Positions 36,190-45,730 of a stretch of 64,000 bases of DNA are shown piece by piece. The DNA comes from a virus (lineage: Duplodnaviria > Caudoviricetes), in IMG/VR virus record IMGVR_UViG_2675903334_000001. One strand, written 5' to 3'. Under the pieces are notes generated by a model. It saw nothing but the letters and a program-made list of their open reading frames with translations, made no database searches and had not been told where the DNA came from. A program made the position numbers and the translations under genes. How positions within the stretch are numbered: position 1 is the first letter of the stretch; each line of letters opens with the position of its first letter.

Positions 36190-36956
36190 GCGGGAGCCTG
36201 GCGGTATCGGTCGCCCCATTCGATGCCCTACGCCACGTCACCCCAAACGGCCGCGAGTACTGGTCGGCGCGCGATCTGATGGCGCCATTTGGATACGGTG
36301 CGGACTGGCGCAACTTCGTTGCCGCGATCAGCCGCGCAAAGATGTCCTGCAATAACTCGGGCACAGACCCGGTGGTGAATTTCGTTGGCGCCACCAAAAT
36401 CACTGGTACAAAGCCTGCCGAGGACTATCACCTGTCGCGATACGCCTGCTATCTCGTAGCGCTCAATGGCGACCCACGCAAGCCTGAGATTGCCGCCGCA
36501 CAGACCTATTTCGTCATCAAGACGCGAGAGGCCGAGACCGCAACCGCTGCTCCTGCGCTCTCGGGCCCCGACTTGCTCGCGGCCGCCGTGCTCGAAGCTC
36601 AGCGGATGATCGAGGCCAAGGATGCCCTGATCGCCGAGCTGGAGCCGAAGGCCGACCTTGCGGACACCTACCTCACCGCCCAGGGTGGGGCTCGGCTGAT
36701 CCGAGAAGCGGCCAAGCTGCTCGGTATGCGCGAGCGTGAGTTGCGCCAGTGGCTCGTCGACGAACGGCTGCTCTTCGCCAAGCATGCCCCGTGCGGGGCC
36801 ATGCAGTACGACCACTACGCACAGTTCGCTCACTATTTCCAAGCGCACGAGCACGTCGTGGCTCATTCATGGGGCAGTTGTGCCCACTACACCCTGCGCA
36901 TCTTGCCCCGTGGAATGGAACTCATCACCAAACGCCTGGGCGGCAAGCCCAAGTAA
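36186..36956 (+). CDS. Phage antirepressor (N-terminal DNA-binding domain, C-terminal KilA-C/ANT)
   Basis: EYWSARDLM...DYHLSRYACYL...EIAAAQTYF; LEPKADLAD...IREAAKLLG. Confidence 0.88.
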   Translation: MSGSLAVSVAPFDALRHVTPNGREYWSARDLMAPFGYGADWRNFVAAISRAKMSCNNSGTDPVVNFVGATKITGTKPAEDYHLSRYACYLVALNGDPRKPEIAAAQTYFVIKTREAETATAAPALSGPDLLAAAVLEAQRMIEAKDALIAELEPKADLADTYLTAQGGARLIREAAKLLGMRERELRQWLVDERLLFAKHAPCGAMQYDHYAQFAHYFQAHEHVVAHSWGSCAHYTLRILPRGMELITKRLGGKPK

Positions 36957-36984
36957 TCGCAAGTCTCACAACTGAATAAGTAAA

Positions 36985-37025
36985 GACGCTGGCGGTCACG
37001 TCGCCAAACAGAAACCGCCAGCGTC
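36985..37025. promoter_or_regulatory. Perfect 12-bp inverted repeat (hairpin) in early operon
   Basis: GACGCTGGCGGT / ACCGCCAGCGTC with 17-nt loop; no U-tract. Confidence 0.6.
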
Positions 37026-37058
37026 CCCTACCAACCAATCCCACTGAGAGGACTTGGC

Positions 37059-37445
37059 ATGACCCAACATATCCCGAGCAGGCCACGCGTGCGCCGACGG
37101 CGCCGCGTAAGCGGCTACGACAAGATCACCGTGGCCCTGGCTGCTATCGCAGCGCTCGCGGCGATGCTGCTGGCCTCACCACCCTCGCACGCCGACCCGG
37201 TGACTGATGACTTCGTGGCCACCAGCGGTTGGCGGGTGTGCAACGAGCTGGACGCGCAGCCCACTTTCGGGGGTATCCGGTACTCATACCGGGCGCTCTT
37301 GGCACGCGGCTACAGCCTCGATCAGTCCTCGCAGATCATCGTGGGCTCGGTGTCAGTGTGGTGCAAACGCCATGCGCCACTGCTCAAGTCATACATCGAC
37401 ACCTACACCTCGACGCCGCAGCAGAGCGGAGGTCGGGCGGCATGA
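37059..37445 (+). CDS. Exported DUF732-like protein
   Basis: Basic N-terminus plus hydrophobic signal ending ASPPSHA; GWRVC...AVSVWC Cys pair. Confidence 0.7.
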   Translation: MTQHIPSRPRVRRRRRVSGYDKITVALAAIAALAAMLLASPPSHADPVTDDFVATSGWRVCNELDAQPTFGGIRYSYRALLARGYSLDQSSQIIVGSVSVWCKRHAPLLKSYIDTYTSTPQQSGGRAA

Positions 37446-37765
37446 CCATCACATTCGACCCCGCGCTGGCATTCGCCGACGCCATGGCCGCGTTCGACGA
37501 GGCCGAGCGCGCATGCTCCCCGAGCGTCGTCGACATCGTGCTGGATCTGGAAATCGCCGACCTGTTTGAGGCCTTGGCCGACAAGGGGATTGCCGTTTTG
37601 GTCGCCGATCAGAAGGCCTGGCGTGAGTCAGTCAAGGTATCGGGGACGGACCCGCGATGTGCCTGGAGTGCCGACGGTGGCGCCGAGGTTGCGCTCGTCG
37701 GGTTCTTCACTGATCGCGAGAACCGTGATGAGGCCAGCGCCGCACTCAAGGCGGGTGCGCGATGA
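37442..37765 (+). CDS. Hypothetical protein
   Basis: ATGA coupled ORF. Confidence 0.6.
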   Translation: MTITFDPALAFADAMAAFDEAERACSPSVVDIVLDLEIADLFEALADKGIAVLVADQKAWRESVKVSGTDPRCAWSADGGAEVALVGFFTDRENRDEASAALKAGAR

Positions 37766-38172
37766 CCACCCTCCAGTACACCGAGCAGCTGGTGGTCGAG
37801 TACTGCTGCGCCTGCAGCATGGCGTTTGCGGTGCCGGCAGATTTTCAGCGGCGCCGCATGGAAGACCACAAGAGCTACCACTGCCCGGCCGGCCATGGTC
37901 AGCACTACTACGGCAAGACCGAGGCCGAGAAGCAGCGGGAGCGCGCCGAGCGGCTCCAGCGGCAGGTGGAGGCCCGCGAGGCTGACATCCGTTTCGAGCA
38001 GCGGCGTCTGGAGTCCGAGCGGCGCGCGCACGCCGCCACCAAGGGCACGCTGACCAAGACCAAGAAGCGTATCGCCAACGGTGTATGCCCTTGCTGCAAC
38101 CGCTCATTCGCCAACGTAGCGCGCCACGTGGCGGGCCAGCATCCCGACTATCAACCGGGGGGCAACGCGTGA
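37762..38172 (+). CDS. Zinc-finger/coiled-coil protein
   Basis: CCAC, CPAGH, coiled coil, CPCC...H..H. Confidence 0.7.
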   Translation: MTTLQYTEQLVVEYCCACSMAFAVPADFQRRRMEDHKSYHCPAGHGQHYYGKTEAEKQRERAERLQRQVEAREADIRFEQRRLESERRAHAATKGTLTKTKKRIANGVCPCCNRSFANVARHVAGQHPDYQPGGNA

Positions 38173-38429
38173 CCGCCATGACCATCGACGTAGACGAGAG
38201 CTACGAGACGAACATGCGCGTTCTCAAGGGCATGCTGTACCGCCTTGCCGAGGCCGTCCGCGAGATGGACCCCCGCCAGGTGCACCGAGAGCTGGTCTCG
38301 ATGTGGTTGCGCCATCCGGTCAAGGCTGCGCAGCTGATGATGGCGCTGGCCATCGGATTCGATCCGGACACCGTGACAACCAAGGTGCTGGACGAGCGCG
38401 CCGAGGAAATCGCGGGGGTGGCCGCGTGA
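38169..38429 (+). CDS. Hypothetical protein
   Basis: GTGA coupled ORF. Confidence 0.6.
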   Translation: MTAMTIDVDESYETNMRVLKGMLYRLAEAVREMDPRQVHRELVSMWLRHPVKAAQLMMALAIGFDPDTVTTKVLDERAEEIAGVAA

Positions 38430-39346
38430 TCGAGCCCGGATCGGCCGAGTGGCTGAAGGCCATCACCCCATCGAAAGTACCTTCGATCCTTGGCATTTCA
38501 CGCTGGAAATCGCAGTACACCTTGTGGCATGAAATGGCCGGAATCATTGAGCCCGCACCGATCTCCGAGGCTCGGCAGGATGACTTCGACTACGGGCACG
38601 CGTGCGAGCTGGCGGCGCGCGAGTACTGGAAATTCAAGAATCCGGGCTGGCGGATCTCGCAGGGGGAGGTGCAGTGCAGCAACGATGATCTACCGTTTGC
38701 GAACCTGGCGACGATCGACTTGCGCGGTTCTCGGGGCAGCTTGCGCCGCGTTGTCGAGGTCAAGACCGCCAGGGATCTAAGCGAATTCGGCGACGACGGT
38801 AGCGGCGAGCTGCCCCGCGACTACGCCGCCCAGATTCTGGCGCAGATGTTGATCACCGGGTGGCATGAGACCGCCGACCTGGTGTGTTGGGCGCAGTACG
38901 GCAAACCGCGCATCTACCACGTGCAATGGGACGCCCAAGTTGCCGGTGTCATCGCCGAGCGCTGCCTGCAGTGGGAGCGCTCAATCGTCAGCGGTTCCCG
39001 GCCGGCACTGGATAACACGATCTCGACCTACGAGACCGTCAAGGCGCTGCACCCGGATATCGACGGCAGCACAGTCGAACTGGCGCCCGAACTTGCCCGC
39101 CAGGTGCTCGATTGGTCCAAAGAGCTCAAGGCTACCGAGAAGACCGTGCTTGGCCTCAAAACGCAGGTGCTCGACGCGATGGGCAATGCGCAGACGGCCG
39201 TGGTCGGGGACATCAAGGTCGCCGATCGGCGACCCCATGGCCGCGGCGGTGTGGCGTTGGCGCTTGCGCATAAGAACTACGACCAGCTCATGGCCACACA
39301 CCCGTATCCAGAGCTCGCATCCACAACAGAAAGGCAACCCGCATGA
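38426..39346 (+). CDS. RecE/YqaJ-like exonuclease
   Basis: ITPSKVPSILG, ATID, VVEVKT, AQILAQM YqaJ motifs. Confidence 0.88.
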   Translation: MIEPGSAEWLKAITPSKVPSILGISRWKSQYTLWHEMAGIIEPAPISEARQDDFDYGHACELAAREYWKFKNPGWRISQGEVQCSNDDLPFANLATIDLRGSRGSLRRVVEVKTARDLSEFGDDGSGELPRDYAAQILAQMLITGWHETADLVCWAQYGKPRIYHVQWDAQVAGVIAERCLQWERSIVSGSRPALDNTISTYETVKALHPDIDGSTVELAPELARQVLDWSKELKATEKTVLGLKTQVLDAMGNAQTAVVGDIKVADRRPHGRGGVALALAHKNYDQLMATHPYPELASTTERQPA

Positions 39347-40374
39347 CCACCGAAATCGCCACCACAGACACAGGGGCTGATGTCGTTTCGGCCACCGAGA
39401 CCGCGCTCGTTATCGCCGACAACCAGATTGAGTTCACGCCGGCTCAGATCGCGGCGCTCAAGCAGCTCGGCGTCGATGATGCCCCGCGCGGGGATCTGGA
39501 CGTGTTCTTTCACACCGCCAAGCGCACCGGCCTGGACCCCTTTAGCAAGCAGATCTACATGATCGGCCGCAACACCAAGGTCGGCGGTTACCGGGGCGAA
39601 CCGGAGCGCTGGGAGACCAAGTACACGATCCAAACCGGCATCGAGGGATACCGCGTGGTCGGTCACCGCATCGCGCGCCGCGAGGCCATCGCCCGCCCCT
39701 TGGCCCGCCGCCTGTTCTGCGGACGTGACGGCATCTGGCGCGACGTTCTGATCGAGGACGGACCCCCGGTGGCCGCCAAGGCAGAAATCACCTGCGATGG
39801 CGTGCTCGTCGGGGAGGCGGTCGTCAAGTTCATCGAGTACGCGCAGACCACGCGGGCAGGCGAGCTGGCGGGCCAGTGGCGCGACAAGCCGACCGTGATG
39901 ATCGGCAAGTGCGCCGAGGCCGCAGCGTGGCGCGCCGCCTTCCCGCAGGACTTCGCAGGCGTCTACGAGGCCGCCGAGTTCGACCGCCATCAAGTCATCG
40001 ATGGCGAAGTTGAACCCGTCCGCGTCCGTGCCGAGCGTGCCGACCGTGGCGTCCAGGGTGTCGCCGCCGCACTCGGCATCAAGACCGAGACAGTCGACGC
40101 CGACACAGCTGCGCCCACCGAACCCACGCCCGAGGCGCCGGCCGTCGAGATGATCACTCCGGCCCAATCCAAAAAGCTGTACGCCCTACTGCGCGAGAAC
40201 GGCCTCGAAGACAAAGAGGCCGCCCTGGATTGGATCTCGGCGGCGCTACAGCGTCCAGCCGACAACCCGGTTACCAGCACCAAGCACCTCACCAAAGACG
40301 ATGCGTCGAAACTGATCGCCGCCCTCGAAAACCGTCCCGACGAAATACCCACCACAACAGAAGGGAATGAATAA
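39343..40374 (+). CDS. recT: RecT/Red-beta-like recombinase
   Basis: GLDPFSKQIY, GIEGYR, WRDKPTVMIGKCAEAAAWRAAFP. Confidence 0.9.
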   Translation: MTTEIATTDTGADVVSATETALVIADNQIEFTPAQIAALKQLGVDDAPRGDLDVFFHTAKRTGLDPFSKQIYMIGRNTKVGGYRGEPERWETKYTIQTGIEGYRVVGHRIARREAIARPLARRLFCGRDGIWRDVLIEDGPPVAAKAEITCDGVLVGEAVVKFIEYAQTTRAGELAGQWRDKPTVMIGKCAEAAAWRAAFPQDFAGVYEAAEFDRHQVIDGEVEPVRVRAERADRGVQGVAAALGIKTETVDADTAAPTEPTPEAPAVEMITPAQSKKLYALLRENGLEDKEAALDWISAALQRPADNPVTSTKHLTKDDASKLIAALENRPDEIPTTTEGNE

Positions 40375-40376
40375 CC

Positions 40377-40718
40377 ATGTCCGAGAACGAAACCGAGAAG
40401 GCCGAGGAAGGCACCGAGCTAGCGCCGGGCGACATCACCGAGTTCATCGTCGTCTTCACTCAACTCAACAAGGGCCGCACGCAGGTCGAAGCGACCAAGG
40501 CTCTGCATGAGGTCGTTGAGGCTGCGCTGGCCACCGGCAAGAAGAACGGCAGCCTGACGATCAAGATCAAGGTTGAGCCACTGGAATCCGGCGCGGTAAG
40601 TCTGATTCCGGATGTCGTGAGCAGCCCCGCCAAGGATCCGGCCGGAACGATCTTCTTCGCCGACGGCGAAGGCAGCCTGTCCCGCGATAACGCCGCCATG
40701 TACCACGGCCTCAAGTAA
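40377..40718 (+). CDS. Hypothetical protein (YfdP-like partner of DUF2303)
   Basis: GKKNGSLTIKIKVEP...TIFFADGEGSL; directly upstream of DUF2303. Confidence 0.6.
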   Translation: MSENETEKAEEGTELAPGDITEFIVVFTQLNKGRTQVEATKALHEVVEAALATGKKNGSLTIKIKVEPLESGAVSLIPDVVSSPAKDPAGTIFFADGEGSLSRDNAAMYHGLK

Positions 40719-40745
40719 CCCACCACCATTGAAGGAGTAATACCC

Positions 40746-41582
40746 ATGTCCGACAACGCTATTGCACTGCCAAAGCACGACACCGATCTGATCGACGAAC
40801 CCGATGCCGACACCGCGCTGTACCTCGTCACCGCCAACGGCGAGTCTGGCCTCCAGGCCGAGGTTGTCGACATCCGCGGCAAGGTGCCTGCCGCCTTCCC
40901 GCCGCGCGCACCCGAGCGCCGCACCGTCACCGACACCGCCTCATTCCTGGCCGAGGTCGGCCGTCGCCCGCTGCTCCAAGGGCTCTCGACCGTCTGGGGC
41001 AACCGCGACAAGGGCCAAGTCAGCGTCATCTACAACGAGCTGCCCGCCGACGCGACCGCCGATTACACCCGCCGCAGCGATGCGCTCACCTTGCAGTTCG
41101 TCGCCGACCCCGACTGGGCCACCCTGTTCAACGCCGCCGACGGCAGGTTCCACAGCCAGCTGGAGTTCGGCGATCTGATCGAGCAGGCCGGGCATCTGAT
41201 CACCAGCCATCCGGCCGCCGATGTCATGGAGATCGTCGACAGTATCCGGGCATCGAGTAAGGGGTCGTTTCAGTCTCAGATCAAGCGCGACACCGGAAGC
41301 GTGAACCTGACCTACAGCGAGGAAGTATCGGCCAAGGCGGGCACCGCGACGCGGCAACTGGAGGTGCCGCGCGAAATCACGCTGGCAGCGCGGCCCTTCG
41401 AGGACTATCCGCTCATTGAGATCAGGTGCTGGCTGCGGATCAACGTCTCGCAGGGACAGCTGGGCCTCGGACTATTCCCGCAGCCATACCAGCACCTGGT
41501 GCGCGACGCCTGGACGCACAAGACCGGCGAGCTGGCCGAGGCCCTCAAGGTGCCGGTGTACGCCGCGAACCTGGGCAAGTAG
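40746..41582 (+). CDS. DUF2303 (YfdQ-like) protein
   Basis: VTDTASF, SQLEFGDLIE, PFEDYP motifs. Confidence 0.75.
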   Translation: MSDNAIALPKHDTDLIDEPDADTALYLVTANGESGLQAEVVDIRGKVPAAFPPRAPERRTVTDTASFLAEVGRRPLLQGLSTVWGNRDKGQVSVIYNELPADATADYTRRSDALTLQFVADPDWATLFNAADGRFHSQLEFGDLIEQAGHLITSHPAADVMEIVDSIRASSKGSFQSQIKRDTGSVNLTYSEEVSAKAGTATRQLEVPREITLAARPFEDYPLIEIRCWLRINVSQGQLGLGLFPQPYQHLVRDAWTHKTGELAEALKVPVYAANLGK

Positions 41583-41592
41583 AGGAGACCTG

Positions 41593-42105
41593 ATGTCCCG
41601 CAACCTCATCGTCGTAGACCTGGCGTGCGGATTCTGCGCCAGTCCCACCAAGGGCGGGAATAGGTTCTGCAGCAAGGCCTGCGCGGCACGGCACATGACC
41701 AAGGTAAGGAGGGCTGATCCTGACACACTGCGCCGTGTCGCGGCTGACCGCCGCAGCTATAGCGGTGCGGACAATCCAAACTATCGCGGTGGCAAGAGTT
41801 CTCACCCGCTGTACTACACCTATCGCGACATGGTCGCCAGGTGCACGCGGCCCACACATCACCGTTGGGCCAGCTATGGCGGGCGGGGCATCACCGTCTG
41901 CGACAGATGGCGCAGCGACTTCTGGACTTTCGTGCACGACATGGGCGAACGGCCACCCGGCCTCTCGCTCGACCGGATTAATAACGACGGACCGTACTCG
42001 CCAGATAACTGCCGGTGGGCCACGAATTCGCAGCAATCCAAGAATCGCCGAGCCAGCGCGTACGCCGGTAACCGCAACCGCGCCAAGGCTGGGAGCTTGG
42101 CATGA
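41593..42105 (+). CDS. HNH-type homing endonuclease whose first 10 aa copy a DnaQ N-terminus
   Basis: YGGRGITVCDRW...DMGERP...LDRINNDGPYSPDNCRWAT; RBS AGAGGAG. Confidence 0.85.
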   Translation: MSRNLIVVDLACGFCASPTKGGNRFCSKACAARHMTKVRRADPDTLRRVAADRRSYSGADNPNYRGGKSSHPLYYTYRDMVARCTRPTHHRWASYGGRGITVCDRWRSDFWTFVHDMGERPPGLSLDRINNDGPYSPDNCRWATNSQQSKNRRASAYAGNRNRAKAGSLA

Positions 42106-42632
42106 GTCGTCAGCTTGTGGTGTGCGACATCGAAACCACCGGCCTCGGTCCGCAGTGCGCGCCGATTGAGGTTGCGGCCATCAACGTCGACACCGGCCAA
42201 ACACTGGCATTCGTCCCGTACATAGACTTCAAGGACTACGCCGTCGCGATCGAACCCGGAGCATTCAAGACAAACCGATACTTCGAACGCGGCGTATACG
42301 AGGCGATGCTCACCCCCGAGGAGACCGGCAAGCATTGGGGGCAATTCGAGGACATGCTGCGCGGCAACACATTCGCAGGCTGCAACCCGGCCTTCGACGC
42401 CCGAGTCGCCGCCAGGGCATGCGCACCGTCATGGCACTACCGGCTCGCCGACCTGGCCGCCTACGCGGCCCCGGCGCTCGGGCGTGACCCGTCCGGGTTG
42501 CCGGGACTGGCCGACGTACTTACCGCGCTCAACGTCGAGAACCGTTGCCCGCATTCGGCGCTCGGTGACGCCGAGGCCACAGCCAAGGCGTTCGTGAAGC
42601 TGCGCGACTTCTACGCGGATATGACCCTATGA
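42102..42632 (+). CDS. DnaQ-like (DEDDh) 3'-5' exonuclease
   Basis: CDIETTG, GCNPAFD, HSALGDA. Confidence 0.9.
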   Translation: MSRQLVVCDIETTGLGPQCAPIEVAAINVDTGQTLAFVPYIDFKDYAVAIEPGAFKTNRYFERGVYEAMLTPEETGKHWGQFEDMLRGNTFAGCNPAFDARVAARACAPSWHYRLADLAAYAAPALGRDPSGLPGLADVLTALNVENRCPHSALGDAEATAKAFVKLRDFYADMTL

Positions 42633-43045
42633 GCGCCCCGACAATCGCCCGCTACATCGACGCCACCCCCGTGCGCCAGCACCTGGAGAAGCTGCTGGCG
42701 ATCGGCTGGACCATCAACGCCGTCGCGGACGCCAACGGCAGCCCTGGAAGGTTGAATGCTTCGTTGCGCCGGATCCTTCGCGGTCAACAGCGCACATGCG
42801 CCCCGCTCACACGCGACCTCGTGATGTGGATGGACCCGGAGTTGCCGCCGGAGACCGGAAAGCCGTTCGCACGCAAATGGTCCGAGTACCAGTTCATCGG
42901 CGTACCCGACCACGAGGCCGCCCGCCGCATGGGCATCACCTACGTGTCCATGGTCGAGATGTTGACTCGCAACGGATTCGGCCGTTCAGAACTCCTGATC
43001 GAGTTGGCCCGCGAGGAACGCGAGAAAGCGAAGACCGCCGCGTGA
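42629..43045 (+). CDS. HTH DNA-binding protein
   Basis: WTINAVADA helix and DHEAARRMGITYVS HTH. Confidence 0.6.
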   Translation: MSAPTIARYIDATPVRQHLEKLLAIGWTINAVADANGSPGRLNASLRRILRGQQRTCAPLTRDLVMWMDPELPPETGKPFARKWSEYQFIGVPDHEAARRMGITYVSMVEMLTRNGFGRSELLIELAREEREKAKTAA

Positions 43046-43566
43046 CACTGACCGATGATCAGCGCTGGCTGTTGCGGATGGTGGGCGGGTGGGCCATGCG
43101 GGACTGTCTCATCGGCCCCGAGGGCGTCGCGCATCTGATGCAGTCCTGCTACGGCGGCACCCGTGGCCTAAGCGATGAATACCCTCCTCACCTCAAGGGA
43201 TTTGAGTGCGGACACGGCAAAATCGTGTCCAGGGGCATCCCCGTCGTCACCGTGACCACCGCCCAGCTGAACAAGTACGCGCGTTCCCTGCCGGCCGATC
43301 TGATCGCCGAGATGCGCGAGTGCGCCACCGCCGCTCAGCGCAATAACTTACTTCGTCACCAGTTCTGCCACTGCGGGAGCGACCCGTGCGGGTACGCCTA
43401 CATGGGCGATCGCATCTGCCCGCCGACCGAGCAACAAGAGCTCGACGCCCGCACCGAGTACTGGCGCTGCAACGACTGGACCGAGGATCTGCTCGACCGC
43501 GCCTTCGGGTTCACCACCGAAGTTGAGCCGGTCGGACAGCTGGAGTTGTTCGAGGTGCCCGCATGA
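43042..43566 (+). CDS. Hypothetical protein
   Basis: GTGA coupled ORF with good coding style. Confidence 0.65.
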   Translation: MTLTDDQRWLLRMVGGWAMRDCLIGPEGVAHLMQSCYGGTRGLSDEYPPHLKGFECGHGKIVSRGIPVVTVTTAQLNKYARSLPADLIAEMRECATAAQRNNLLRHQFCHCGSDPCGYAYMGDRICPPTEQQELDARTEYWRCNDWTEDLLDRAFGFTTEVEPVGQLELFEVPA

Positions 43567-43757
43567 AGCATGCGTTCTGCGACCGATGCGTGCGCTACTG
43601 CGTCGTGCGCAATCATCGGGACTGCATGTGCCACGACTGCGAGTGCGGCATGAATTCCATAGCGGCAATGCTCAATCCGCGTTGGGCACGCCCGATGACG
43701 AGCGCCGAGGTCCGACTCGCATATGCCTGGCTGATGATCGAGAAGGGCGCAGCATGA
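43563..43757 (+). CDS. Cys-rich hypothetical protein
   Basis: CDRC...CMCHDCEC. Confidence 0.55.
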   Translation: MKHAFCDRCVRYCVVRNHRDCMCHDCECGMNSIAAMLNPRWARPMTSAEVRLAYAWLMIEKGAA

Positions 43758-43924
43758 GCATGCCCGCGCCGGTCGAGACTCCCGAGCCGATCTACCGCTA
43801 CTACGCACCACAGCGCGAGAAGTGCCACGGCGGCTGTGGGATTCAGATTCAGCCAGGCGACCTCGTTACCCGACGAGGCGCTGAATTCCGTTGCAACACA
43901 TGTGCAGAAAGGTGGAGGAAATGA
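43754..43924 (+). CDS. Small zinc-finger protein
   Basis: CHGGC...CNTC. Confidence 0.55.
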   Translation: MSMPAPVETPEPIYRYYAPQREKCHGGCGIQIQPGDLVTRRGAEFRCNTCAERWRK

Positions 43925-44058
43925 TGGGTGACGACCAAGACGACGAGTTCGTGCTGTGCCGATGCTTCGGTGAGCTCACCCCGGCCGACAAGGCGCGGCG
44001 CCTCGGCTGCGACCAGCGCGGCGGATGCCCCGAGCTGCGCGACGCGATGGAGTTCTGA
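43921..44058 (+). CDS. 45-aa Cys-containing ORF
   Basis: Coupled to neighbours; MMGDDQDDEFVLCRC... Confidence 0.4.
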   Translation: MMGDDQDDEFVLCRCFGELTPADKARRLGCDQRGGCPELRDAMEF

Positions 44059-44225
44059 TGAATTGGCCCGCATTCGCCCTCACGCTCACCGTGATCGCCA
44101 CATGGCTGTCCTGGCATGCGTTCGTACAAGCACTTCGATACAGCTGGGCTGAGATCGTCTGGCTCGTCACTACCCATGCGCTCGTGCTTGTGGATGCCGC
44201 GCTAGTGGGGCTGGTCATTCAATGA
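44058..44225 (+). CDS. Small two-TM membrane protein
   Basis: MNWPAFALTLTVIATWLSW...; TGATG overlap. Confidence 0.55.
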   Translation: MNWPAFALTLTVIATWLSWHAFVQALRYSWAEIVWLVTTHALVLVDAALVGLVIQ

Positions 44226-44350
44226 CCCGCACCCGTGAGAGCTCAGCCGCCTACCGCGACGGCCGGTGCATCGACTGCCTGACCAAGCCGCACAGCCCCG
44301 GTCGGCCGCGGTGCGACGAATGCCATACGAAATACAGAAGGGGTGAGTGA
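44222..44350 (+). repeat. 42-aa zinc-finger minigene, copy 1 of a 129-bp direct repeat
   Basis: MTRTRESSAAYRDGRCIDC...CDECHTKYRRGE; 8 mismatches to copy 2 by eye. Confidence 0.9.
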
Positions 44351-45405
44351 TGGGCGACAAGACCGGCATCGAATGGACAGATGCGACCTGGAATCCAGTT
44401 ACAGGCTGCGACAAGGTATCTCCCGGCTGCGATCACTGCTACGCCGAAACATTCGCCGAACGCTGGCGCGGAACCGAGGGCCACTACTTCGCCACCGGGT
44501 TCGACGTGCAGCTGCGACCCGACAAGCTCGACTTGCCGCTGCGCTGGACCAAACCGCGCAAGGTGTTCGTTAACTCGATGTCAGACCTGTTCCACGACAG
44601 GGTTCCTGACGAGTATGTCGCGTCCGTTTGGGCGATAATGGCGCTCGCGCCGCACCACACGTTCCAGCTGCTCACCAAGCGTCACGGACGCATGCACTCA
44701 CTCGTAGGATCGTCGAGATTTGCAGGCCTGGTGTACATGGCCATCAACTCGATGCTGGACCACGGCAACCCGCTCCGTATCAACGACATTGCGATCATGG
44801 CCGCACTCGACGGTTTCGCACGTGGGCAGTTCAAGGTGCTGGACAACGTGCAACTGATTGTGAGCGTCGAAGACCAGAAACGGGCGGAGCTGCGTATCCC
44901 CGTGCTGCTAGATACCCCAGCAGCAGTGCGCGGAATTAGCGGCGAGCCTTTGCTCGGACCGGTTGTAATGAAACAGCATTGGCTACATCCGGTCATGCGT
45001 GAGCCGTCCCCAGAGAACAACGCGATCGGTCGTCGCATCGGCAAGTCCAACGGCGTCGGTTTCATCGACTGGGTGATCGTCGGCGGCGAGTCTGGGCCCG
45101 GCGCAAGGCCGATGCATCCCGACTGGGTGCGGTCGCTGCGCGATCAGTGCGTGGCGGCTGACGTGCCGTTCCTGTTCAAGCAGTGGGGCGAGCACGAGCC
45201 GACCAGCCGTGGCATACGCGGATACTCCACCACCGCAGACCGATTCGTGTACACGGACGGCAGTGGATCTATTGCCCTCGCGGATGCGGCCAGCGAGCAC
45301 AAGGAATCGGGTGCCACCATGCAGCGCGTCGGCAAGAAGCGCGCCGGCCGCGAGCTGGACGGGCGCACATGGGACCAGTATCCAGAGGCGGTGACCAATG
45401 CCTGA
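44347..45405 (+). CDS. Phage Gp37/Gp68 (DUF5131) radical-SAM-like protein
   Basis: TWNPVTGCDKVSPGCDHCYA, VFVNSMSDLF, WVIVGGESG, FLFKQWG. Confidence 0.9.
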   Translation: MMGDKTGIEWTDATWNPVTGCDKVSPGCDHCYAETFAERWRGTEGHYFATGFDVQLRPDKLDLPLRWTKPRKVFVNSMSDLFHDRVPDEYVASVWAIMALAPHHTFQLLTKRHGRMHSLVGSSRFAGLVYMAINSMLDHGNPLRINDIAIMAALDGFARGQFKVLDNVQLIVSVEDQKRAELRIPVLLDTPAAVRGISGEPLLGPVVMKQHWLHPVMREPSPENNAIGRRIGKSNGVGFIDWVIVGGESGPGARPMHPDWVRSLRDQCVAADVPFLFKQWGEHEPTSRGIRGYSTTADRFVYTDGSGSIALADAASEHKESGATMQRVGKKRAGRELDGRTWDQYPEAVTNA

Positions 45406-45730
45406 CCGCATTGACTGTATCGCCGCGATCTTGCGCTGCGCTGGCGTTCTACTCCCGAACGACTACACGCCGACATGGGATTACGAACACGCGATTGACG
45501 AGCTCGCCGCCAAGATCGACACCGAACTGCATCCCCGCATCGAAACCCCCTCGCAGCTGGACTCGCTGCCGTCCTGCACCGTCATACAACGAGATGCGCC
45601 GCGCAGCTTGCCGCTCTGGAAGGCCGACCACTTCTGGTGCCTGGGCGAGCGATTGCTAACCGACCGCGCCGAGGTGAAGTCGCAGCTCCCAGCTCGCGTG
45701 CTCTACACCCCGGGAGACGACCATGCCTGA
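45398..45730 (+). CDS. Hypothetical protein
   Basis: Coupled ORF; HPRIETPSQLDSLP pattern. Confidence 0.6.
   Translation: MPDRIDCIAAILRCAGVLLPNDYTPTWDYEHAIDELAAKIDTELHPRIETPSQLDSLPSCTVIQRDAPRSLPLWKADHFWCLGERLLTDRAEVKSQLPARVLYTPGDDHA

Noticed and set aside
41593-42105. Group I intron or intein around the HNH
   Set aside because: Flanks are tightly packed with no room for intron core structure, there are no intein C/HN motifs, and the downstream gene has its own complete start.
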